Positions 8,590 through 15,652 of a DNA stretch of 24,000 nucleotides are shown one piece after another. The notes beneath the pieces are model-generated. The model made no database searches, had not been told where the DNA came from, and was given only the letters and a program-made list of their open reading frames with translations. Position numbers and translations under genes: made by a program. The DNA is taken from positions 11,957 to 35,956 of the forward strand of contig PBYL01000160.1 of assembly GCA_002729595.1 (NCBI GenBank), read 5' to 3'. This DNA is from Thalassovita sp. (GTDB lineage Bacteria > Bacteroidota > Bacteroidia > Cytophagales > Flammeovirgaceae). Position 1 is the first letter of the stretch. Every line of letters begins with the position of its first letter.

Positions 8590-9411
8590 TTACTCCCGCT
8601 GCAAATCTATACTATCTGCTTTTACTATCGTATCTGGTGCTGGTTTTTTCAAGCTATCTGCCATATCTTCCTGCTCATGAGACATATTCTCATTGTTAAA
8701 GTTTACTGGTTCTTTTTTGTCTTTTTCAATTCCGAGTAGACTACCTATAGAAGAAAATACAGTTTGGTAAAAATTACCTCTGGTTTCTGTTCTGAATAGT
8801 TGAAAAGGCATATCTTTCGTGCCTACAAAAGGTCTCATGTTCCATGAAAGTTGGATGCCCACAAATGCAAAAATGATTACCCAAATCTTAAAAACAATGA
8901 GTCCGATTTTAGGATAAATTTCTTTGCCTTCAAAAATGGCGGTAAGGGCATCTAAGACCACCTTCATTCCGAATACGCCAGAGAAACCAAATACAAACAC
9001 ATGCAGCAATTGCAAGAAATGGTAATTATCGCCAGAAAGCTGGAAAAACAAAACGATAGGTGCAAATGCCAACATGGTGATGGAGAGCATTACAAAACCC
9101 GCCAGCAGAATAATAAACAACTGCCCAATTTTAATTTTGGAGCCTAGTATAAGTTGCACAATGTAAAAGGATGGAAAACAGATAATCAAGGTCATCATAA
9201 TGAGTAACCATAGTTTTAAGCCTGTGGCAAGTGCTTGGGGTAAACTGTTGTAGCTACCCATAATTACTCCATAGAAAAAAGTGAAGCAAAAAATAAGGAT
9301 TACCTGAGCGAAAATAATTCCGGGTTTATAACCTGTATCGCTTAATCTGTTTAAAAATGTTTCCCGATTTTGAAGCACTTCCATGGCTTCTTTAAAATTT
9401 AGCGCTTTCAT
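8590..9411 (-). CDS. multi-pass (5-6 TM) membrane protein of unknown function with an acidic cytoplasmic tail
   Basis: Five to six hydrophobic segments (e.g. GIIFAQVILIFCFTFFYGVIMG, LKLWLLIMMTLIICFPSFYIV, IGLIVFKIWVIIFAFVGIQLSW) are followed by a charged tail (EKDKKEPVNFNNENMSHEQEDMADSLKK...). I see no catalytic motif. The HTH gene starts 38 nt downstream on the same strand. Confidence 0.7.
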   Translation of the reverse strand: MKALNFKEAMEVLQNRETFLNRLSDTGYKPGIIFAQVILIFCFTFFYGVIMGSYNSLPQALATGLKLWLLIMMTLIICFPSFYIVQLILGSKIKIGQLFIILLAGFVMLSITMLAFAPIVLFFQLSGDNYHFLQLLHVFVFGFSGVFGMKVVLDALTAIFEGKEIYPKIGLIVFKIWVIIFAFVGIQLSWNMRPFVGTKDMPFQLFRTETRGNFYQTVFSSIGSLLGIEKDKKEPVNFNNENMSHEQEDMADSLKKPAPDTIVKADSIDLQRE

Positions 9412-9612
9412 AGTATTAAAAAATTGACTGATGTTACACTATGAATATACTTATATTTTATTGTTTATTACTGTTTGTTGGTGTTTTATGAAATTTAATA
9501 ATAGTTAATAGGCTATTTTGTTGTAATTAATAGAATAATTCAAGTTTTTAATTTGATTATATTTAGGTAATATTTTAAAAGTTAGTTATACATTTTTAAT
9601 CTTGATCGAAAT

Positions 9613-10446
9613 TTGCGAATAATAATCATAGTCATATATCTTCTCTCATTTGGAACTTTGAGTGCTCAGACACTTAGCGATTTTGGAGGAATTCCAAATA
9701 AAATTCAAGACACTATATCAGTGATGGAGCTTTTGGCTCAGCTAAAGTGGGATTCAATCGATGAATTTTGTAAAGAAAATAATGGGTTTCACTTGTACGT
9801 AAATGAAAAAGGACTTCTAAGGGAGTTTAGGTACATAAAACAAGGAAATGTTGAATCTTTTAAAATACTTAGCTATCAAGGTCAAGTTTTAGAATTTCGC
9901 TTTAATATACCAGAGTTAAAGAGAACAAATGAATATTTTTTTGATAAAAAATTATGGCTTCAATATGTGAATGAAATAATTCCAGACTTGCCAGATAGTC
10001 TTTTGCTAACAGAAGATGAACCGATAAATTTATTGAAAGGATTCTACTGGTTACTTGGGGTAGATGCTGTAGATGAATATGGTTGGGTTTGTGAATATTC
10101 AGCAATTGGAATGTTACCAACACGAAGAAAAGGTGTGATTACTTTAATTGAAAACAATCGAATTGACTTGCTTAGAAAACTAATGAGTCACACCAATCCT
10201 CAAATTAAACTTTATGCTATTGATGCTCTGATATATATGGATAAAATTGACAATATTTTAAGCGAACAAGATTGGCAATATATCTTTGGCTTTAGAGATA
10301 GCGGTACAATTATAAAAACCTGTGGAAATATGGGTTCCTACAAAATTTACGAAACACCAATTGCAGAACTTCTTTCTAAAAAAGCAATTAAAAGAATTCC
10401 CAAGAATTACAAGTTGCTAAATAGCAGAGTTTATTTCAGTAAATAG
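9613..10446 (+). CDS. secreted hypothetical protein
   Basis: The ORF has a TTG start per the track. The N-terminus MRIIIIVIYLLSFGTLSAQ has an SpI-like signal peptide. I recognise no motif. The C-terminal part (NPQIKLYAIDALIYMDK) is vaguely HEAT/ARM-like. AT-rich non-coding DNA flanks it on both sides. Confidence 0.6.
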   Translation: MRIIIIVIYLLSFGTLSAQTLSDFGGIPNKIQDTISVMELLAQLKWDSIDEFCKENNGFHLYVNEKGLLREFRYIKQGNVESFKILSYQGQVLEFRFNIPELKRTNEYFFDKKLWLQYVNEIIPDLPDSLLLTEDEPINLLKGFYWLLGVDAVDEYGWVCEYSAIGMLPTRRKGVITLIENNRIDLLRKLMSHTNPQIKLYAIDALIYMDKIDNILSEQDWQYIFGFRDSGTIIKTCGNMGSYKIYETPIAELLSKKAIKRIPKNYKLLNSRVYFSK

Positions 10447-10473
10447 AGTAACTATTCAATTTTAAATAATTCA

Positions 10474-10503
10474 TTATTATGTATACTTTAATACACATAA
10501 TAA
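10474..10503. terminator. AT-rich hairpin in a convergent intergenic region (possible bidirectional terminator)
   Basis: TTATTATGTATA / TATACACATAATAA-type inverted repeat of about 12 bp with one mismatch and a 6-nt loop. It lies between the stops of the 9613..10446 (+) and 10579..11214 (-) genes. The stem is all A/T except one G-C pair, so it is weak. Confidence 0.3.
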
Positions 10504-10578
10504 GCTAAAGGATCAGAAATATACTTTCTGGAAGTACAACTCAATAGAATAAGAGATAGGCTAATAGATAAAATTATT

Positions 10579-11214
10579 TTATTCATGTTCAACTTTCACT
10601 TTAGATGATTCTTTTAGTTTTTTGATCGTCTTTTCTAGTTCTGATAGTAAAACTTTTTCACTATTCATAAAGTCAGAAGTGAGGAGTTCAAGCGTTCCGA
10701 GTACATCAATTACTTTGGTTTCGGAGTTAATGGAAATCATTTTATTGAGAATGGTTTTACCAAATTCTGCATTAAAATCAAGGTGTTTATAGGTTTTAGA
10801 AATGAGATGAACCAACTCTATATCTGCTTCTTGCAAAGTACCTGTAATCTTAGAACTCTCAAAAGCAATATCTTCAGAATTTGTGATCACTATACCCTGC
10901 CAGCCTTCAATGCTCATATGATGGAATTTATCATTTGAGATATAGGGCAAAAACATGTCTTGCTCGGTTAGCTTGCTTTTTAGACTATCGATACTAACAC
11001 TTATTTGTTGATGATATTGATAAGATTTTTCTAAACTCGCTTTATTCGTTTCCAACTCTTCAAGAATATAAGAAAGTGATTTATTTACATTCTTATTTAC
11101 CTTCTGTTGCGCTTTCCATTCAGATACATACATACCCAGAAAAACACCAAATGCCACAGTGATTAATTCTAAAGCGTATTTTCCAAGTTGCTTTTTAATG
11201 CTGGTTAGATTCAT
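10579..11214 (-). CDS. N-terminally anchored coiled-coil membrane protein, unknown function
   Basis: One TM segment (YALELITVAFGVFLGMYVSEW) is followed by heptad-like charged stretches (LSYILEELETNKASLEKSYQYHQQISVSIDSLKSKLTEQD; LLSELEKTIKKLKESSK). It is the last gene of the minus-strand run that starts at 14192. Confidence 0.6.
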   Translation of the reverse strand: MNLTSIKKQLGKYALELITVAFGVFLGMYVSEWKAQQKVNKNVNKSLSYILEELETNKASLEKSYQYHQQISVSIDSLKSKLTEQDMFLPYISNDKFHHMSIEGWQGIVITNSEDIAFESSKITGTLQEADIELVHLISKTYKHLDFNAEFGKTILNKMISINSETKVIDVLGTLELLTSDFMNSEKVLLSELEKTIKKLKESSKVKVEHE

Positions 11215-11281
11215 ATAATAGGCAATTTTGACCTATTATAGTTAAAAAAACTGGTTTATCAATGGTTTGAGAATTTGTGCT

Positions 11282-11476
11282 TTAAAAAAACGAACCACAT
11301 ACACCTGCACCAATTACAAAGTATATACCTGCAATAATAAATAATACTTTCGCTGCTTTTGGCTTACTCTTTTTAAGTGCAAAACCGATAATAAGCAGAA
11401 GTATAGCAGGAGAATGCCCAATGAGGTATAGAATGAATATATCCAGAAATTGTATCGAAATCTCTAAAAATTGCAT
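11282..11476 (-). CDS. 64-aa two-TM mini-membrane protein
   Basis: Two hydrophobic helices are separated by the basic loop KKSKPKAAK, and the C-terminus is GAGVCGSFF with the only Cys in the protein. The ATG lies 2 nt after the radical SAM stop (TAA-AC-ATG), which implies translational coupling. Confidence 0.6.
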   Translation of the reverse strand: MQFLEISIQFLDIFILYLIGHSPAILLLIIGFALKKSKPKAAKVLFIIAGIYFVIGAGVCGSFF

Positions 11477-11478
11477 GT

Positions 11479-12873
11479 TTAGCTATGTTTTAGTTCTTCA
11501 AGATAAGCTTGCTTTTCATCTCGGTAAAAGAGATTCATGGTTTCGAATGGTATTATCTTGTTGTCTTTATTTACAATATGCACACAAGATTTTTTAATAG
11601 ACCTCACATCAAAATTATAAGCATCTACAAATTGCATAATAATTACCCTGAACAAATTATCGTAACTCAGGCTTGGTGCTTCAATTTTTGGTAAGCAACA
11701 AAGAATAGAATGCAAACCTTCTGAAGCAGCCTCAGAGGATGTTCCTGTACTAAACAACTCAAACATTTTATTTCTTAAATGTTCATCTTGTTCATATACT
11801 ATGGTATTTTTACTATTGTCTAATAGGTCAGCCGGATTAATGTAACGGGTAAGCGGCAGCACCATTCCACCAAGCTTTAAGGCATAGCCCATCGCCAAAG
11901 CATCTGGGTTGCAAGGCACTGGAATTATATCATCTTGATTAAAAACCTTGGCTTGCTCTAGTATTTTTCGGCGCACTTCGGTAAGGGTAATTCTATCTGT
12001 TTGAGCATCAAAATTATCTAACCTGCCTGCAATTTGTGTTGGTTGGAAAGTGACACCCCGCACACATTTTTGCTTAAGGGCAAAATCGATTGTTTTACCA
12101 ATCTCATCATCATTTAAACCTTTTTGCAAAGTAACCACTAAGGTAGTAGAGAGATTTAACTCATTAAGGTGTTGTAGTGCCTGCTCTCTTATCTTAAGTA
12201 AATCAGCCCCACGAAGCGATTGTAGCACTTCTTCTTTAAAAGAATCGAACTGCAAGTAAATTTCGAAATCGGGTGTATAGCTTTTTAGTCGCTTAGCAAA
12301 GTCGAAATCTTTGGCAATTTTAAGCCCATTGGTGTTTAGCATTATATGCTTAATGGGTAATTGCTTGGCATAATCGAGTATCTCAAAAAATTGTGGATGT
12401 AATGTAGGTTCGCCACCACTAATTTGCACTACGTCGGGTTCTTTCTCATTAGCAACAATAGTATCGAGCATCGTTTTTACCTCTTCTAAAGTGCGATGCC
12501 TGCCATAGGTAGGAGAGGAGCCTGCATAACAAGTAGGGCAAGTAAGATTACAACGATCGGTAATTTCTACCACGGTAAGGCAAGAGTGCTGCTCGTGGTC
12601 TGGGCACAGTCCACAATCGTAAGGGCAGCCATAATGGGTTTTGGTATTAAACTTATAGGGCATCTCAGAAGGCTTATTGTAATTCCTGATGTTTTTGTAA
12701 TACTCCACATCATCGGCAATGAGCACTTTGGAGTTACCATGCTCCGGACACCTTTTGAGCATGTATACCTTGTTGTTTTCAAATACAATTTTGGCATCAA
12801 TCCGCTTTAAACACTCTGGGCAGAGGCTTAGGGTAAAATCATAATAGGTGTACTTTCTGGTAGGCATGCTCAA
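11479..12873 (-). CDS. radical SAM enzyme with N-terminal zinc-ribbon/rubredoxin-like module and an auxiliary Cys cluster (class-D rSAM / Tes-like architecture)
   Basis: CPEC...CPEH (C18, C21, C42, H45) forms a zinc-ribbon-like motif. CPYDCGLCPDHEQHSC (C83, C87, C90, C98) is a candidate auxiliary Fe-S motif. The canonical CNLTCPTC (C108-x3-C112-x2-C115, nt 12529-12552) is followed by ISGGEPTL (GGE SAM-binding box). The C-terminal block is FRVIIMQFVDAYNFDVRSIKKSCVH. There is no C-terminal SPASM-type CxxCxxxxxC array. The TTG start overlaps the upstream gene by 35 nt. Confidence 0.88.
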   Translation of the reverse strand: MSMPTRKYTYYDFTLSLCPECLKRIDAKIVFENNKVYMLKRCPEHGNSKVLIADDVEYYKNIRNYNKPSEMPYKFNTKTHYGCPYDCGLCPDHEQHSCLTVVEITDRCNLTCPTCYAGSSPTYGRHRTLEEVKTMLDTIVANEKEPDVVQISGGEPTLHPQFFEILDYAKQLPIKHIMLNTNGLKIAKDFDFAKRLKSYTPDFEIYLQFDSFKEEVLQSLRGADLLKIREQALQHLNELNLSTTLVVTLQKGLNDDEIGKTIDFALKQKCVRGVTFQPTQIAGRLDNFDAQTDRITLTEVRRKILEQAKVFNQDDIIPVPCNPDALAMGYALKLGGMVLPLTRYINPADLLDNSKNTIVYEQDEHLRNKMFELFSTGTSSEAASEGLHSILCCLPKIEAPSLSYDNLFRVIIMQFVDAYNFDVRSIKKSCVHIVNKDNKIIPFETMNLFYRDEKQAYLEELKHS

Positions 12874-13600
12874 AAAATTTTACGATTGTTTTCCTATAAT
12901 ATATCCAACAGATAATGCATAACCATTGGATGCTACTAAGCCCAAGTATAAAGAAAAGATTTGGTTTAATGAATTCTATATTGAACCTGAAACCAAAATA
13001 GGCAATCATAAAAATAATAAAGAGCTCTCCGTTTTTAAGTGAGTTTTTAGATTTTAAGTGCTGAATTACAAAAAACAGAATAAGTAAAAACACCAGTTCA
13101 TACAAGGCAATAGGATGCCTTAATACACCATCGCCCAGATTTATGCCTGTAAAAAAGTGAGTTTCTGAACCGTAAGTGAATTCGTTGGTACCGCTTAAAA
13201 AGCAGCCAATTCTACCTATAAAAATACCTACAATAATTGGTAGGGTAAACAGATCACCAGAAGATTGCTCTTCGCCAATTATTTTCTTGGCGATTTCTAC
13301 ACCTATAAGCCCGCCAAACAGGCCGCCCATAATGGTTTTAACATTAAGCAGGTGTATAAAGCTTTCTGATGAAAAATTGATAACCGGATTTTCTAAGAAA
13401 CCAAATAAACGTGAGCCCAGAAAAGAACCGATAATGGCTCCCAAAATAATAGACAAACGATTCCCACCTGAGATATGATCATTCGATTTCTTCCTCAGAA
13501 ATACATAATATCTGAAAGCCAGAAAGAATGATAAATACTCAGTAATTAAATGGATATTGATTTTTATCCCAAAAAATACTGGTTCGAAGGGGATGTTCAA
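12839..13600 (-). CDS. prolipoprotein diacylglyceryl transferase (Lgt) family membrane protein, possibly a divergent paralog
   Basis: The polytopic protein has blocks that align by eye with E. coli Lgt. GGLFGGLIGV matches GMSFHGGLIGV. GRIGCFLSGTNEFTYG matches GRLGNFINGELWG. RHPIALYELVFLLILFFV matches RHPSQLYELLLEGVVLFI. FGFRFNIEFIKPN matches GAFRIIVEFFRQPD. It has a TTG start per the track and is 253 aa. Confidence 0.8.
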   Translation of the reverse strand: MNIPFEPVFFGIKINIHLITEYLSFFLAFRYYVFLRKKSNDHISGGNRLSIILGAIIGSFLGSRLFGFLENPVINFSSESFIHLLNVKTIMGGLFGGLIGVEIAKKIIGEEQSSGDLFTLPIIVGIFIGRIGCFLSGTNEFTYGSETHFFTGINLGDGVLRHPIALYELVFLLILFFVIQHLKSKNSLKNGELFIIFMIAYFGFRFNIEFIKPNLFFILGLSSIQWLCIICWIYYRKTIVKFFEHAYQKVHLL

Positions 13601-13676
13601 GGTTGTGTGTTTTAGGCAAAGATAGGTCTCGATTGGATAACAACCCCCTAAAGTTTAGTTAATCTGTAACTACGAA

Positions 13677-14192
13677 TTACTCAGAAGCATAAATATCTTG
13701 CATATTTTTACCTGCTCCCAATACGCATTTCTTATTCACATAATCTACAATAATACCATAATCTCTCATGGCATCTGAGCCAATTATACCGCTTATTTCG
13801 TAGCCTGTTTTGCTCTTAATAGATGCTCTCAATTGTTGAAGAGGGGCACCAGCATAAGGAGTAGAAATGTTTTTTCCTCCAATGTTTACATTTACATCGA
13901 ATAACATCCAAAGATTTAAGTTTTTGCCACCAAATCCATTAATGTTACGAGAGAGTTTTTTGTAAACATTAAAAGCATAGTCTCTTTTTTGAGTTAAGTC
14001 TAGCAATGTTATGCTTGAGCCGGTATCAATTAAAAAGTATGCTTTTTTGTTGTTAAGTGTTCCTTCGACTACTGGTAATTTTGTGCTCAGTAAATCAATA
14101 TGAACGGGCTTGCCAGGAAATGAAACAGTAAATTTTTGTGCACTTAAATGTGAAAAAGTTACTAGAAGAAAAATAGTAATTAAAAATCTCAT
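13677..14192 (-). CDS. secreted retropepsin-like (clan AA) aspartic protease
   Basis: The signal peptide is MRFLITIFLLVTFSHLSAQ. The catalytic-type triad context is YFLIDTGSSITLLD (D56, nt 14025-14027). The downstream ISGIIGSDAM resembles the (I/L)-(I/L)-G-x-D box of single-domain retropepsin-like proteases that act as homodimers. The protein is 171 aa. Confidence 0.75.
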   Translation of the reverse strand: MRFLITIFLLVTFSHLSAQKFTVSFPGKPVHIDLLSTKLPVVEGTLNNKKAYFLIDTGSSITLLDLTQKRDYAFNVYKKLSRNINGFGGKNLNLWMLFDVNVNIGGKNISTPYAGAPLQQLRASIKSKTGYEISGIIGSDAMRDYGIIVDYVNKKCVLGAGKNMQDIYASE

Positions 14193-14489
14193 TAATACTA
14201 CATGTTTCTGATAAATTAAGTTGAGGCTCTGAAATGGAGCTCTGTTAGTGAAGGCTCATATTTAACTTAAATATCAAACATCGAAGTCTGAATACCATAA
14301 AAATAACATATTTGATATGTAAATAAAAGCTAGAATTCGCTGAAAGTATATTTGACCTATCTTAATTAGGTAAAGTTCAAGTAAGGTTTATGGCCTGAAA
14401 CGAGAAAAATATGTAGTACATAACATAGCGTTTTTTTAGTGATATTGAAGTACTCATAAAATAGCTGCTAAATCCACAAAGTATTTAGA

Positions 14490-14497
14490 TAAATTTG
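14490..14497 (+). promoter_or_regulatory. candidate Bacteroidota -7 promoter box (TAnnTTTG)
   Basis: TAAATTTG matches the TAnnTTTG consensus of Bacteroidota sigma-A promoters exactly and lies about 50-75 nt upstream of the TPR gene starts (14547 TTG, 14574 ATG). I see no clear -33 TTG element, so this is tentative. Confidence 0.3.
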
Positions 14498-14573
14498 GGA
14501 AAAAGTACATCTACATTGCTGATTTTTAAAAACTAGTAAAATATTATTGAGCCAAAATTGGTATAAGATTAAA

Positions 14574-15626
14574 ATGAGAAAAAACTGGATTTTATTTATA
14601 ATTTTTTTGCTTTCAAGTCTAAATTTACTCGCTCAAGGTGCAGATGAATACAATTACAAGGGAGTGGTTTTGTATAACAAAGAGAAGTATGAGGCTGCTA
14701 TTTCTGCTTTTGATAATGCTATAAAAATTGATAGTCGACATGCTGATGCATATTTACACCGTGCTGATGCGAAAGCTGAACTTGATGACTTTGAGGCTGC
14801 AATTAAAGATTACAATAAAGCAATTGAACTTAATCCCAAAAGTAGTTATGCTTATGCACGTCGAGGTTTTGCAAAATACAATTTAGATGATTTTAACGAA
14901 GCTTGGTTAGATTATAAAATTGCTCTAAGTATAGACCCAGAAAATGCATACGCTTACTATTACCGTGGTTTATATTTTTCGGCAGAAAGTGAAAATGGGA
15001 AAGCATTGCAAGATTTAAACAAGGCGCTAAAATTAGATCCAGAATTAACAGATGTATATGGTGATAGAGCATATGTTAAAGATGATTTGATAAAATATAA
15101 AAGTGCTGTAAAAGACTATGATAAAGCTATAAAGTTCGACCCAGACAATGCCGATTTATATTTCAATAGAGCTTATAGTAAACATAATTTGGGGAAGTTT
15201 GAGGCAGCGATTAAAGACTATTCTAAAGTAATAGAGTTGACTCCTTTAGACCATAAAGCCTATAATAACAGAGGTTTAGCTAAATACAAATTGAAAAGAT
15301 TTAAGGAGGCCATTATGGATTTTGAAAAATCTTTACAATTAGCTCCTGATACTACATCTCAACCTTTATATAATCGAGGTTTGGCAAAACATTCATTAGA
15401 TCAGTTCGCCGCTGCTATTGAGGATTACAACATAGCCTTGGAGTTAGCGCCACACAATGAGGCAGAGGTTTATAGATTTAGGGGCTTGGCAAAATCAGCA
15501 CTTAAGAATTATGAAGGCGCAATTGATGATTTACAAAAAGCACAAGAAATAAAACCTGAAAGTAACACGATTAGGAAAAACCTTCGATATGTAGAGTATT
15601 TAAAAGAGTCTGAAAGCGAAGAGTAG
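14574..15626 (+). CDS. secreted tetratricopeptide-repeat (TPR) protein
   Basis: From the ATG at 14574 the protein reads MRKNWILFIIFLLSSLNLLAQG (signal peptide). About nine consecutive 34-aa TPR units follow (recurring A-Y-x-x-R-(G/A)-x-A-K-x-x-L-x-x-(F/Y)-x-x-A-I-x-D-(Y/F)-x-K-A-(I/L)-x-(I/L)-(D/N)-P). The track start at TTG 14547 adds nine residues. Confidence 0.9.
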   Translation: MRKNWILFIIFLLSSLNLLAQGADEYNYKGVVLYNKEKYEAAISAFDNAIKIDSRHADAYLHRADAKAELDDFEAAIKDYNKAIELNPKSSYAYARRGFAKYNLDDFNEAWLDYKIALSIDPENAYAYYYRGLYFSAESENGKALQDLNKALKLDPELTDVYGDRAYVKDDLIKYKSAVKDYDKAIKFDPDNADLYFNRAYSKHNLGKFEAAIKDYSKVIELTPLDHKAYNNRGLAKYKLKRFKEAIMDFEKSLQLAPDTTSQPLYNRGLAKHSLDQFAAAIEDYNIALELAPHNEAEVYRFRGLAKSALKNYEGAIDDLQKAQEIKPESNTIRKNLRYVEYLKESESEE

Positions 15627-15652
15627 GGAGGGGTTTTACTTTGCTATTTGCT

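Noticed and set aside
11509-13478. ORFs within the radical SAM and Lgt-like genes that are not in the coding frame: plus-strand 11509..11694, 12050..12259, 12496..12810 and 13176..13478, and minus-strand 12567..12800 in an alternative frame
   Set aside because: They overlap genes whose translations carry canonical motifs (CX3CX2C, GGE, Lgt boxes). None has a motif, signal or independent start context. They do show that this region tolerates long alternative open frames.
13555-13605. Possible frameshift in the T-run near the 5' end of the Lgt-like gene
   Set aside because: When I hand-counted the homopolymer around 13561-13565, my translation fell out of register with the N-terminus in the ORF track (MNIPFEPVFFGIK...). 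The track is computed from the sequence and my count of a homopolymer is error-prone. I treat this as my reading error, not a biological frameshift.
11282-14192. Interpretation of the rSAM cluster as a RiPP (ribosomal peptide) biosynthetic locus, with the 64-aa ORF as precursor
   Set aside because: The rSAM lacks a recognisable SPASM/twitch C-terminal Cys array and an RRE-like N-domain. The 64-aa product is a two-TM hydrophobic hairpin rather than a leader-core peptide. No transporter or peptidase-containing ABC exporter is present. I have not fully excluded this reading, but it is less consistent with the sequence than a membrane-lipid or lipoprotein role.
14574-15626. DNA-level tandem repeats in the TPR gene as a repeat feature
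   Set aside because: The periodicity is at the protein level (34-aa TPR units). The nucleotide copies are diverged, so this is ordinary repeat-protein coding sequence rather than a DNA repeat element.
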